Origin: Octopus sinensis
Lineage: Eukaryota
Direction: 5' to 3'
Assembly: GCF_006345805.1 (NCBI RefSeq)
Contig: NC_043017.1
Location: forward strand, 5,890,001 to 5,954,000
Length of the DNA: 64,000 nt
Part shown: positions 27,852-40,909 of the stretch, in pieces
Position numbering within the stretch: the first letter of the stretch is position 1
How the letters are laid out: each line of letters starts with the position of its first letter
Program-made: the position numbers and the translations under genes
Notes under the pieces: model-generated
The model's database searches: none
The model's input: only the letters and a program-made list of their open reading frames with translations
Told to the model about the DNA's origin: nothing

Positions 27852-29059
27852 AATACAATAAGAGGCTTCTAAATAGGAAAGCCTTGTGCTAGAAAGAGCA
27901 GTAGAAAGCTCAAAACCACCAAATAAGGATAAATTTTCGAAAGGAATGAAAATTAAAAACGTTTACCATCTCAATTATTTCCCAGACCATGGTTTCTAAC
28001 TATTTCCAGCAAAAAAATATTTGCTGAAGGCCAGTTTCATCAGTGGGACAGCCTTTCGATTTCAAATACACAACACAGCCAGATCCACATGTAAAACTAA
28101 CTGCTTATATATTCTAAATTTTCAGACCACTGCGCAGACGCAGACACATGCCCTAGATGTCACATAGTGGGTCTGAACCCGCAAACATTTGTTTGTGAAG
28201 CAAAATTTTACGACCTAGTAACCATTCCCCACCAGCCATGACCATCCAGTCTTTTTAAGAGTGTCAACAACTGCATTATGAAATCATCTGTCCGTCCTTT
28301 CTTTTGAGGCGGGGAGATTAATTTGCGGCATATTTAACGGCTGTTAAATCTCTGTAATTTTTTTTTCTGATAGCATATATGTATCTCTCTCTCTCCCTCT
28401 TTCTCTCTGTTTTTCACATATTTCTACATGTAAATATTTTCTGCATTAACCACTTGAAGGTGATTTTGCCAGGTCGCCTGACCAGCTAGAAATAACAGCA
28501 GCAAAATTTATTAAATAACAACCTACTATCTTTAAGAAAGTTCGGCGGAAGTCTGATTTAAGCACCTCATAAACCCCATTATGACTTTTTGAACTTTTGG
28601 AATTTTCAGAAAAATTTTTGCGAAATTGTGTTTTATACACCATGTTCACATAGTGCTGCTATACATCATGAAAAAAATTTTGTGTGTCTGAAGGACGATT
28701 TAGCTGTTGTTTTTAGCACACCTCACGACCACCTGATGCCTTTCTCATATATTTGTTACAGACATATATTGATGGTTTTCAATATTTTTCTCCCCGTAAA
28801 CGCATTTGATGAAATGATGCACTCAAGGTAGTCCATTGCTGGGGTTTAATAAAAAAAATTCGGATTGTTCGTATTTTAAACTAGGATTTTTAAAAATTCG
28901 AAATTTTTTTATGAGTGGGGGTTGAAAATTTGAAAAAAAATTTATTCATAATCGTATGAATTCCCGTGTGTAGAACACAAATTAGCAAATATTTTCTGAA
29001 AATTCTAAAAAAAAAAAAGAAAAAAATAGTTCCACCGAAATTTCTCTTTTAACTCTCTT

Positions 29060-29775
29060 CTGGAATTCAAAATCTCTTGAATGACAACCAACTACCATTC
29101 AGAAAGTTCTTTCAAAACTCTCTTTTTGCATTCATTCGGTATTAATGCTTCATCAGATTACAGAGTGTTGAGGTCTCTTACTTTTGACATGGTGTTACTC
29201 TTTACACCTTTAAGGTGCCAAGCTAGGTTGCTTCCTTCGCTTTTGATACAATCTTCACAACGTATTAGTCTTCTGCCCGCTCTCATCCTTCCAACACAAA
29301 GCCTCGCAACATCACTCCGTGGATGGATTTCTTCTGTGCAGTATCATCAAATTTCCTTGTTTTCCTATAAATACTTTCTAATTCATCTTTCCTTCATTTA
29401 ATATTCTCCCGCCCCGTAGCGCATGAAAGACACAACCCAGATATTTGTTGCCTTCATTTTGTTCCTTCAATTCAATTTACACGACATTACAAGTCTCATC
29501 CTCCTAAAATATTCTGTTTTGAACAAGTCCTTCATTTCTTTCTCTTTGATCTTATCCAACTCGAAGACTTCCAAATACTTGTATCCTTCCTCTCTCACTT
29601 CTTTAATAATCAGGCCATTCTCAAGATCAAGCCTTCTACTCTTTGTTAGTTTCAGGATTACAACGTCACATTTTTAAAATCCCAATATTCTAACTAATCA
29701 GGTTTTTAATAAATGTTAAGCTAACAATTTCGTCCTCATCCCTCGCAAATAGTTTTAAATCATCCATAAATAATA

Positions 29776-29780
<5 letters not shown>
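29060..29780 (-). mobile_element. R4/Dong-clade RT fragment
   Basis: LFMDDLKLFARDEDE (RT YxDD equivalent), EGYKYLEVFE, NKMKATNIWVVSFMRYGA. Begins directly at an (AAT)n tract. Confidence 0.85.
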
Positions 29781-29819
<39 letters not shown>

Positions 29820-30460
29820 GTTGTTGTTTTTCCTTCTTCAAATTTTCTTCCATTTCTCGCCGGGGGTTTTCCGTACACCTAGGGCAGAGAAGCTCATTGT
29901 ATGCATTCCCAGATTACACACACAAATTCGCAGGTAAAATATGTATTTAAAAAAATTCATAAATAAATAAATTCATGAAAGGATGTTGTTTTCACAGCGA
30001 TAATGCTCTTCTCAGCACATGAGTCTTTCCAGTTAACACGATTTTTTGCACTTCCTGTAGGGATGGTAAGCCTGATATAGGTTTCAGTACTGTTGTTGGT
30101 ATTTTTGTCATTGACGCTTTTGCTCTGGCAGATCTTATACTGACACCCTAGCAAAAAGAGCGAGCATTATCAAATGTCCAAAGTCCTTTGGGTCACTCCT
30201 TCTCCTTCAGCATTCTAATTCCCTCCTTAGAATCCTTGCTGTTCCTAACAAAGCTGTTTTCTGCAACTGCTCCGTTCTGATGGTAATTCCTAGCTTCCAC
30301 AACCATGCATCCAATCCTCTACTAACTGCCCCCAGTGCGCCAGCCACAACCGGTACCAATTCTACCTGTCTGATTCTCCACAGTTTCCTGATTTCTCAAG
30401 TCAGCTCCTGATAGTCCTCCACAGTGTCTCATTTCTTGGAACATATATTCGACACATCTT
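29820..30460 (-). mobile_element. R4/Dong-clade 3' end (RLE C-terminus + 3' UTR)
   Basis: EIRKLWRIRQVELVPVVAGALGAVS..QLQKTALLGTARILRRELEC*, with stop at 30209-30207. UTR runs to an (AAC)(AAT)n tail at ~29826-29782. Confidence 0.85.
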
Positions 30461-30872
30461 GAAGAACATGAAGAGAAGAGTACAACTTTAGCAACGATGC
30501 TGCTAGTTAACAAGAATGGTAAAACTGAATAAAGAATATACTGCTGACAAATACACAAATACCACTGAGGATAACAAAACATTCACGTTTAACAGAAGAC
30601 GCACGATAATTCATTTACAATGTTTACATAGTGTTGCTATTTTCTGAAACGTGCTTAGGTCCATCTTCAGAGGTAATCGCTGAACGTCTTTTAATAAGGG
30701 TTTGCGCATCAATTTTAGTTGAACCAATACAAAAATGAGGTGATATGCATATCATCTAATTGTGATGGTGGCTAATTATTGAGTTATAATGAAGCAAAGA
30801 AGAGGAAAGAACTAGAGAACTTTTACGTTATATATTATATATATTATATATATATATATATTATATATATTA

Positions 30873-30907
<35 letters not shown>

Positions 30908-31250
30908 AATGCATATACACATGCATATATATATATGTGTAATTACATATATATATATATATACGTCTGTGTATATATCTATTTAAATAAGGAACGTTTA
31001 CGCTATATATATACATATATATGTAGATGTATGTGTGTATGTATCTATGTGCATATGCATATATATGTATATATATTTATATATATATGCAGACGCACAT
31101 AGATACATACTTACATATACGTATATATATATGTATGTGCATATATAAATACATATATATATATGTATATATGTAGGTATATGTATACATATATATATAT
31201 ATAGCGTAAGCGTTCCTTAGTTATACACACACACACATATATATATATAT

Positions 31251-32648
31251 ATGCGTGTCTTTTTGTTCGTATCTGGATGCTTGGAGGGATCGATGCATAT
31301 ATTTATTTTCTTATGTTAGTGATTGAAACGTGTGCCTGTTCTGCATATATTAGCATATATTAATCTGTAGCTGAGAGGCAGAGAATGCGAGTGACGTGTC
31401 GTTTGTCATGTTGCCGTTCATCCTACAGATCGTGTCAAAGATGTGTCTCCCAGTCATTGTTCTGCTAATATTCAGGAAGACTCTTGTTGCACCGTCAAGC
31501 TACAATAAAGACGGGCAGTGTCTTGGTGGGTAGGAATCCTGAAATGCGTCGGAGAGGTCGGAGGTTCGATCCCACCCTCTGTCGCGTCAAAACTGAGTTT
31601 CGTGAGAGGTTACCATATTTACCAATATTACCTTTGATTTTCTTTTTTACTCTTTATTTGTTTCATTCATTAAACTGCGGCCATGCTGGGGCACTGCCTT
31701 GAAGAATCTTTAGTCGAATGAATTTTTTTATTAATTTTTTTTTTAAAAGCTTTTTATTTATTCTATCGATCACTTTTGTCGAACCGCTAATGTTACGGTG
31801 ACGTAAGCAAACCAACACCTGTTGTCAAACGCTGGTCGACGACAAACACAGACACAAAGACGCACTCACATAGATATACATAAATAAATGCGAATGGGCT
31901 TCTTTTAGTTTCCGCCTACCAAAGCCATTCACAAAAGTTTCGTCGGCTTGAGGCTATAGTGGAAGACACTTGTCCAAGGTGCCACGCAGTGGGACTGAAC
32001 CCAGAACCATGTGGTAGGAAGCAAACTTCTTAGTGCACAGCTACGCCTGCGTCTTTTGTTGCTGTTGATAGTAATAATCAAAAGCATTCCATTCATGACC
32101 ATCCTGCTTATTTTAAGAAAACCTAAGTCTACATTATCTTGTGGTTAGTGTTAACTTTCATTATATAAGACAGCAGAGTACGACTGGATGATTCGGGGGG
32201 TATTTACAGGTTACTTTGATCTGAACTGTCCTTTATTGGGGGTAAACTTAAACATCAGCAACAACATCAACGACAATATTGGTAAATATGGTAACCTCTC
32301 ACGAAACTCAGATTTGACGCGACATAGGGTGGGATCGAACCTCCGACCTCTCCGACGCATTTCAGGATTCCTACCCACCAAGACACTGCCCGTCTTTATT
32401 GTAGCTTGACGGTGCAACAAGAGTCTTCCTAAATATTAGCAGAACAATGACTGGGAGACACATCTTTGACACGATCTGTAGAATGAAAGGCAACATGACA
32501 AACGACACGTCACTCGCATTCTCTGCCTCTCAGCTACAGATTAATATATGCTAATATATGCAGAGCAGGCACACGTTTCAATCGCTAACATAAGAAAATA
32601 CATATATGTATAGATCCCTCCAAGCATCCAGATACGAACAAAAAGACA

Positions 32649-32653
<5 letters not shown>
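31251..32653. mobile_element. Long inverted repeat (arms 31251-31629 and 32275-32653) around a 645-bp spacer containing a SINE
   Basis: Arms are near-identical reverse complements. Both outer ends abut (TA)n. Each arm contains a B-box-like GGTTCGATCC (31563-31572). Confidence 0.8.
31645..32050 (-). mobile_element. SINE family B inside the long inverted-repeat spacer
   Basis: gccacgcagtgggactgaacccagaaccatgtgg head; gcggccatgctgg tail. Confidence 0.85.
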
Positions 32654-32654
<1 letters not shown>

Positions 32655-32693
<39 letters not shown>

Positions 32694-33072
32694 ATATATA
32701 TATATATATGTATATATATATACACACAAATATCCAGGCCTAAACATATGTACATGCATACATATATATATATACATATATACATATATACATATATATA
32801 TATATATACATATATATTATATATCTATATATACATACTCATACATAATACAAAGATACACATACATACACATACATATACGTACACATATAAATATGTA
32901 AATATGTATATATATAATACAGTATATATATACGTGTGTGTGTGTAAAAATATAAAACACTTCTCCAAGCATAACAAATGCTTATATTACATACACACAT
33001 TACGAACATATTAACATAAATACGTTAATTTATGCACATATACGACAAACATGCAAGTACATATATATACAT

Positions 33073-33109
<37 letters not shown>

Positions 33110-33151
33110 CATGCCTACACACACATATATATACATATATATACTTATATA

Positions 33152-33209
<58 letters not shown>

Positions 33210-33773
33210 TGCATTTATATAGCCATGCCTACACACATTCGTCCCTGCATACATATACGCATATGCATACACATAATTATTCATGCGTAAATATGTGTAT
33301 ACACACATATAAAGATTGTTAAGGAATAATTTTTCCAACGTTTAGCTACTCCACCACAAACATACACGCACACATAAAATACACACAGCTAGTCATGCAC
33401 GCACGGACGGGGACACACACACACACACACACAAAATTATAGATGCACATACGCGCACAAGCTCATGCATATGCATCCAAGCTCTTACACATAGACACGC
33501 GATACACCATTGAAAGAAAAGGTGACAAAGGGAGAGAGTGCGTGTGTATTGATGTGTGCGTGTGTGTATGTGAATATGTGTGGATGCATGTTAGAGCATG
33601 TGTGTACATGGATATGGAAGTGTGTTAGAGTGTGTGTGTGTGTATGTGAATGTGTGTGGATGCATGTTAGAGCATGTGTGTACATGGATATGGAAGTGTG
33701 TTAGAGTGTGTGTGTGTATGTGAATGGATGTGCGTGTATACGCAGGGATGTGTGTTAGAATGTGCTTGTGTGT

Positions 33774-33805
<32 letters not shown>

Positions 33806-33962
33806 GAGATGGTATATATGTGTGTCTGTGCAGTTTGTGTATATACGTTGGTGTGTATGTATATGCATTTGAAGCGCGAACCTGTGAAGCAGTTGGTGTG
33901 TTTTTATGCCTCTGGAGCCTGTGTGTATAAGTTGGTGTCTGTGTGTATACATCTCTCCCCCC

Positions 33963-34010
<48 letters not shown>

Positions 34011-34400
34011 GTATGTATGTATATATATGTACATATGTTAATAAGCGTATGAACGCATATTCGTATGTGCATGCATGTGTTGGTATGTGTGTGTCTCCTA
34101 AAAGAGTATACATGTATATATATGTGTGTGTGTGTGTGTGTTTGTATGTATTTACATTTGTATGTGAGTTGACGGGTGTGTATGGGTCTTCTCGGCGTGT
34201 GTGTGTGTGTATGTATGTGTGTAGTTGGTGTGTTTGTGCGTGTATGTCTCTGTAGTGTGCGTATGTGTGTATGTTCGTATGTGTGTATATGTGTTTGAGT
34301 CTCTAAGAATCTTCACGTGTGTGTTCATATGTGTACATGTGTGCATATATGTGTATGTATATATATATATAATCTATGTATTCGTACAGATGTGTGTGTG
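32655..34400. repeat. Compound microsatellite field with a ~68-bp minisatellite at ~33555-33720
   Basis: gtgtggatgcatgttagagcatgtgtgtacatggatatggaagtgtgttagagt is repeated in tandem. Confidence 0.9.
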
Positions 34401-34800
34401 TGCCTGTTGTCTGTGTCTTTAGAGACGCGACTGTCATTTTAATTGCTTCTATTCATGACATTACATTGTCTGTGAAAGTTGGGAACAGTGATTTACCATT
34501 CTTAAAATATCTCTGGCACTATTGATCCAGCTAGGAGCTGTCAAGACGGAACAGTCAACGATTTCTTTCAATAAAACTCTACTCAGCTGAATTCATTAAA
34601 ATAAATCTAAACCATAAGTACAATCAGACTCCATTACAATAATAATAATATTAACAACAACGGCGACAACAACAACAGCAACAACAAAAAGAAGAACAAC
34701 AACAACGCCAATGGCATCACTACTACTACTACTACTACTACTACTAGTACTAGTACTACTACTACTGCTGCTATTACTGCTGCTATTACTGCTGCTGCTG

Positions 34801-34832
<32 letters not shown>

Positions 34833-34873
34833 GCTACTACTGCTGCTGCTACTACTGCTGCTACTACTACTAT

Positions 34874-34909
<36 letters not shown>

Positions 34910-35199
34910 TGCTACTACTGCTGCTGCTGCTGCTACTACTACTACTACTACTACTACTATATCTGAAAACAACAACAAGCGCAAAAATGATATTACTAGT
35001 TGTTTCTAGAATAGGAACATGGGGTGAAATTGAATGGGGAGGGGTGGGGTGTGGGGGTGTAAATCAATTACATCGACGCCAGTAAATGACTGGTACTTAT
35101 TTTATCGAACCCGGAAAGATGAAAGGTAGAGTTGTCTTCCGCAATAAAAAAAAATAAGGAAGTATACACGGAAAAAGAAGATATATATATATATACACA

Positions 35200-35507
35200 T
35201 CACATGATCACGTTACCGACCAGACCATCAGATGTTGCAACACATCGCTGGTCACAATGCGTTCGCATTGTTTTAGCCTTCAAATTACGCCACCCCGCCG
35301 GCTAAGCGAGCAGGCCAACAGAAGAAAGAGTGAGAGAAAGAGTGGTGAAAGAGTACAGCAGGGATCGCCAGCCCCTGTCGCAGCCTCATGGAGCTTTTTA
35401 GGTGTTTTTGCTCAATAAACACACACAACGCCCGGTCTGGGAATCGAAACCGCGATCCTACGACCGCGAATCCGCTGCCCTAACCACTGGGCCATTGCGC
35501 CTCCACA
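35200..35507 (-). mobile_element. SINE family C head/body with a different 3' tail
   Basis: Head near-identical to the 10109-9930 copy. Diverges after the ...ctttctctcactct region. Confidence 0.85.
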
Positions 35508-35529
35508 TATATACACACAGCATACAAAA

Positions 35530-36310
35530 ATTAGTAAAAAATACGTGGCAGCAAGGATGATAAAGATGTGGCCCTTCTGATACAGGAAGGCCTCTAGGAA
35601 TAATCGAGATTTCCAAGAAAACCTAGGAGCATGTGCCCTCTGCTGTTCCTTCTCTCTGACTCACAGGTCTACACTCAGAGAGGTACCATCTACTCTTGCC
35701 ATTTTCACAAGTTTCACCCACCTTTCAATAAACTCACTGGAGGACAGCACTTCCCTCTCTACTCTCAGTTTCCTTTTCAAGTGAGAGTTCTACCAAAGAG
35801 GAATGTATCTACCCTCATTCATTTCGGCCTTGTCCACCAAACAACCTCTTTCGTCACATCCACCAAGCAAAGGAAAACTGCCTTGCCAGTTCGATTGAAG
35901 GAGGGCGGCGGTGCGATCACCAGTACCGACTCGGCCGACAGACGGATCCGTCCCACACGTGACAGCAGCTGTTCAACATAAACCCACAAGTCAGCAATGC
36001 CCGGACACTGAACGAGGGCGTTGCAGAACTGTTTCGTCACTTTGCGCGCACCTCGGGCAAGTCCGTCTGACAACTCATCTGTTACTGTAGAGTTTATCTC
36101 GAAATGGTAACGCCCCCCACCCCCACCCCGGTAGCACTGCCAGGCCAAGGACATCTGGAAATTATCCATGATTGTTCCCGACCGGAAAGTCTTCCGAAAC
36201 AGACTGGCCAGTTCGTTTTCGTCAGCGCCCAGTCTCTCGGAGAACGTCGTCGCACTTCACACCATAAATCTTTGCCTCGTACAATCGGTTACCAACTTAA
36301 AGGTTAATGT
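35530..36310 (-). mobile_element. Tx1/L1-clade LINE 3' fragment
   Basis: DNFQMSLAWQCYRG..RTCPRCAQSDETVL/ALVQCPGIADLWVYVEQLLSRVG..KAVFLCLVDVTKEVVWWTR (zinc-knuckle region). Stop at 35663-35661. Confidence 0.85.
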
Positions 36311-37419
36311 GTATCGCCCGAGCACTGACTGTTTCTGAGCCTCCTTCACTACTTCTAGAAGTACTGTGCCAAAACCTTAACAACTGTCCGACATAATATA
36401 TTTCCTGCTACTCATTGAACAAAGCCCGTCAAAGATCCTCTTTACAGGACATGTCATCTCCCTGTCTGTTTTTCAAGAAGATGTAGACGCCATTATTATT
36501 TTTTCCATTTCATCACCGAAACACTCGGGCAAGGAGGTATTGTCCTTTGCAATACACTTCGTCCAGTGTTTCTCTTTTATTGATATTGCTGTCGTATCCA
36601 CCTCTCCCCAGTTAACTGCATTGCTGGACAAATGTTGCTTTTCATATATCTATGTCTCTTTTGTTATTGTTTTATTGTTGTCGATATTATCAGCATCTGC
36701 CAATCAACCACTACTGTTATTGATATTTTTATTGTTCATAGACGTTTCACAAAGAAACCTTTTTACTTTTTCAAGCTATTTCTCTTTCTCGAAACAAAAA
36801 ATTATTTTTTATGAAGGAGTGAAGGAAGAGTTTTGATTGCACTACACTATGTACGCAATACTGCCACTACCATTATGAAAGTCTCAAAGTACCACCGATT
36901 GACTATGCTTTGTTTAGATATAATTCTAAAACTAATGTCTTTGTGAGAAGTCAAATAAAGCAAAATACAGGTGTCTAGCTTATTAGCCTTCCTCAGTAGG
37001 AGATGCCGAAGTATCTGTGACCAAGTTATGCTTGCGGATTGCCTCTTCAAAATAAATATAATAGTGTCAGCGCTGAGCAGTGACGGGCTATAAATGAACT
37101 TTAGGTCAGTTAAATGCGTCTAAGAGTCCGCTAGGGGAAGACACTGAGCAAACATGCTTCACCATAAGCGACAATTTCTTTCTCCAAGGAAATTGCAGTG
37201 AGTTTGTCTTTAGAAATTAAGATATGTCTCAAAAATATTTTAGCTAAGCTGAAGTTCGTTTAACTAATATATATTTACGATGAATATACAGAAGTAGATG
37301 TTCATCACCGTTGCTGACTTTAAACAGCCCAAAGCTGTTGGTTCGAGTTGGGACCTGGCTATGTGATTGAATAAATATGTTGCTTAACAAAATGTTGGCC
37401 GCATCCTTACCAGCCAAAA

Positions 37420-37560
37420 CCGTTTGCTCCCCAACCGCATGGTTCAAAGTTCAGTCCCACTGCGTGGAACGTTGAGCAAGTGTTTTTTGCTAGAGCCTCG
37501 GGCCAACCAAAACCTTGAGGGTGGATTTGGTAGACGGAAACTGAAAGTAGCCTCACGTAT

Positions 37561-37591
<31 letters not shown>

Positions 37592-37875
37592 TATATATTA
37601 TATATATGTATGTATGTGTGTGTGCGTGTATGTGTGTGTGCGTGTATGTATATAGTCATGTGCGTATGTCTTTGCGGCAGTGTTTGTTCCCCCACCATCG
37701 ACTGACAACCGATGTTGGTGTGTTTGCGTCCCCGTAACTTATCGGTTCGGCAAAGAGAGACTGATAGAATAAATACTAGGCTTACAAAATAATAAGTCTT
37801 GGAGTAGATTTCTTCGACTAAGGCAGTGCTCTAGCATGGCCACAGTCAAATGACTGAAAAAAGTAAAAGAATAAA
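37420..37875 (+). mobile_element. SINE family B ending ~95 nt upstream of the LU terminal-exon acceptor
   Basis: ttcagtcccactgcgtgg..gtagacggaaactgaaag..gcatggccacagtcaaatgactg. Confidence 0.85.
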
Positions 37876-37968
37876 AAAACTAATTACACATCGAATATCG
37901 ATCTGCTTATTTTAATGATTTTTATATGCATTTTACTTTCATCTTTACATTTTGGAATCTAATTTCAG

Positions 37969-38214
37969 ATAGAAATCCTTCAGCGAGAAGATTCTTTCTT
38001 CATCAAATTCCAGTGCCTTAACAATTCCAAAGAATGTCCCTGCCTGTCGAAGGTACCAAACCTTCAGAAAATGTGCTGTAAGACATCCCTGTGCAACAAC
38101 CACACACTTATGTGTCGTGCGTCATCATCGTCGTCGTCTGCGACATTTGTCTGGAAGTACCCGAACCTCATTCGATCGCTGCTCCTTCTGTTCTCCTTCT
38201 ATCAACAGCATTGA
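37969..38214 (+). CDS. Terminal coding exon of the same LU-domain protein: IEILQREDSFFIKFQCLNNSKECPCLSKVPNLQKMCCKTSLCNNHTLMCRASSSSSSATFVWKYPNLIRSLLLLFSFYQQH*
   Basis: Acceptor ttttactttcatctttacattttggaatctaatttcag|ATA. Open 81 codons to TGA at 38212-38214. Canonical LU C-terminal motif CCxxxxCN (CCKTSLCN), then a Ser-rich spacer and hydrophobic tail (LIRSLLLLFSF) consistent with a GPI-anchor signal. Confidence 0.85.
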   Translation: MEILQREDSFFIKFQCLNNSKECPCLSKVPNLQKMCCKTSLCNNHTLMCRASSSSSSATFVWKYPNLIRSLLLLFSFYQQH

Positions 38215-38289
38215 CTGAATATCGGTTACCAGTTACGGCTAGTATGCCTCTCTGAGTGTGTAGGGGGATTGTAATTGTATATGATGTGC

Positions 38290-38333
<44 letters not shown>

Positions 38334-38502
38334 ATGCCTATGTTTGTGTGTGAGGCTTTGGCGTACTTGTGCCCTATTCGCCTTTCATCTTTTCGGGGTC
38401 GATTAAATAAGTACCAGTTACGCACTGGGGTCGACGTAATCGACTTAATCTCTTCCCCCGGAATTTCAGGCGTTCTGCCTACCAGTAGAAAGAATTATTA
38501 TT

Positions 38503-38533
<31 letters not shown>

Positions 38534-38536
38534 ATA

Positions 38537-38572
<36 letters not shown>

Positions 38573-38576
38573 TATA

Positions 38577-38881
38577 GTCGCATACTATACAATGTCGTGA
38601 AGTTGTTGATTGAAGATATTGCATCTACCGGGGGTTTGTACACTTTGTCAAGTCACAACAAGGACCTCAGAACCTCAGACAACCAATACTTTACGCAATA
38701 TGCGCGCAGTTCCAAGTAACACCGACTTTTGCAATACATCTAGATTGTAGGGTATTTCTAAGCTTTTCAAACGTTTTTTTTTCTCAAATGACAATAGGGA
38801 TAACCTTTATGTTTGACTGTCGTAGCTACAATATTTTATCGATCTCAATTCTCAGGTCTCCATATTTATCAAACTTTCCTC

Positions 38882-38885
<4 letters not shown>
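38577..38885 (-). mobile_element. R4/Dong-clade 3' end, antisense and just downstream of the LU gene stop
   Basis: DKYGDLRIEI..KVIPIVI..DVLQKSVLLGTARILRKVL. 3' UTR tctgaggtccttgttgtgacttgaca is shared with the copy at ~59825. (ATT)n on both flanks. Confidence 0.85.
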
Positions 38886-38934
<49 letters not shown>

Positions 38935-39018
38935 TTATTGTTGTTGTTGTTGTTGTTATTATTATTGTTATTATTATTATTATTATTATCATTATTGTTG
39001 TTGTTGTTGTTGTTATTA

Positions 39019-39052
<34 letters not shown>

Positions 39053-39151
39053 CATTATTGTTGTTGTTGTTGTTGTTTGTTTATTGTTATTATTATTTTA
39101 TTATTTTATATTATTATCATTATTATTGTTGTTGTTGTATTATTGTTATTA

Positions 39152-39193
<42 letters not shown>

Positions 39194-39324
39194 TATTATT
39201 TATGCCTGTGTACATATGAGTGTGTACACGTATATCTTCTCGCTCTGACCTGATGACCTCACATATTTGAAAATACACGGCCTATATATATGTATGTATA
39301 AATAACTAGATAAATAAATAAATA

Positions 39325-39453
<129 letters not shown>

Positions 39454-39647
39454 TTATATATATATATAATACACATATACAAAATTAAGAGGAATGACCG
39501 CTAAAGTGGATACCCTATATGCTAAACATAGACGTCAAATCGCCATTACCACGAAGAATGTGTTCTCAAGAAAAAAAATCTCAGCAAAAACGCCAAAATG
39601 TAAAAATGAGGTGAGGTTTGTGTATGTATTAATGCGTATGAGTGTGT

Positions 39648-39693
<46 letters not shown>

Positions 39694-40449
39694 GTTTACA
39701 ATAATACAGTAATACAGCATATGCGTTACACAAAGAAAATATTCGTATGCCTTCAGGGTAATCCAAGCGTTATGTCACATGACTGGTAATATATCTGATC
39801 TACCCGAGAATGAGAAATAAAAGATAAAGTTTGACTCGAAGGCATTCCAACTCAGCGCAAAGAGACGGAAGGAATATCACTAGGAATTAGGAATTTACCA
39901 ATTCACTGGCCTTATAGTTTTTGAGTCCATTCTTCCAGCTTATTTCATTCCCATAAATATGAAGTCGTAGCCCCGAGTACCCATTCAGTCGTTGTGCACA
40001 CTAAGCAGTTTAATCTCTATCTTATACGACTTAAGACTATCTGGTGGAATTTCATGCGTGTGTAACTATTATGTATATATGTATATTGTATTAATGTATA
40101 TATGCTTGTATGTGTGTGTGTATGTCATTATTCAGTTTATTTCAAGATCTCTTGCCAATAGGGAAATAACCGGTTTCTAATCTAGACCCAAGGCTCCTTC
40201 ATTGGAATTTCAACATCAACAACTAGGTAGTTTTGTATGTATGTATGTATGTATGTATGTATGTATGTATGTATGTATGTATGTATGTATGCATGCATGC
40301 ATGCATGCATGTATGTATGTAATGTATGTATGTATGTATGTATGTATGTATGTATGTATGTATGTATGGAGGCATGTATGTGCAGATTTGTATGTTCTAT
40401 GTATGTATTCTCATACGTATAGTTATATATCTAGACATGCTCGTATATA

Positions 40450-40905
40450 TTTAAATGATAGCCTTGTGGAAAGATTTACAGATTTTTACATTCCAGAGAT
40501 GGATTGGATCTGTGGTCTTCGAATTAGCTTTCTCCTTTCTGGTTTTGAGAAGCCTAATTTCTCAAGATTAATATTTAGGCAATGTGTTACATATCTCAGG
40601 GCCCCAATAATTACGGGTATTAACCTAAACTTGTAACCTGGATAGAGTAACAGCAGATTCCTCAATAGTTCAGCATAGGTGTTCTCTTTTTCATTGATCT
40701 TCAGCTTTATGTTAACATCCACTGGGCAGCTAATTTCCACAAATGTACACAGTTTCGCTTCTCTGTCCCAAATCATTATATCAGGACTGTTGTGCCTACA
40801 TTTTATTGAGGTCTTCACTTGGACATTCCTCCATAATTCCTTCTTATTATGAGTGGTTATGGCTTCTACCAAACTGGGATTTCTTATTTCTTTGTCCTCG
40901 GGGTA
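40450..40905 (-). mobile_element. RLE-type non-LTR retrotransposon 3' fragment (distinct subfamily)
   Basis: KCRHNSPDIMIWDREAKLCTFVEISCPVD..EKENTYAEL..LIPVIIGAL in the C-terminus of ORF 40486..42333. The rest of that ORF is (TACA)n. Confidence 0.85.
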
Positions 40906-40909
40906 TGTA

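Noticed and set aside
30640-30672. Hammerhead-like CTGAAGA on the minus strand
   Set aside because: GAAAC lies on the opposite strand relative to the core, so no valid fold could be drawn.
34640-35085. Poly-Leu, poly-Val and poly-Ala ORFs mimicking signal or TM segments
   Set aside because: (ACT)n/(GCT)n microsatellite.
36330-36840. Possible continuation of the Tx1 ORF or a host exon
   Set aside because: No recognisable motif in any frame, and multiple stops.
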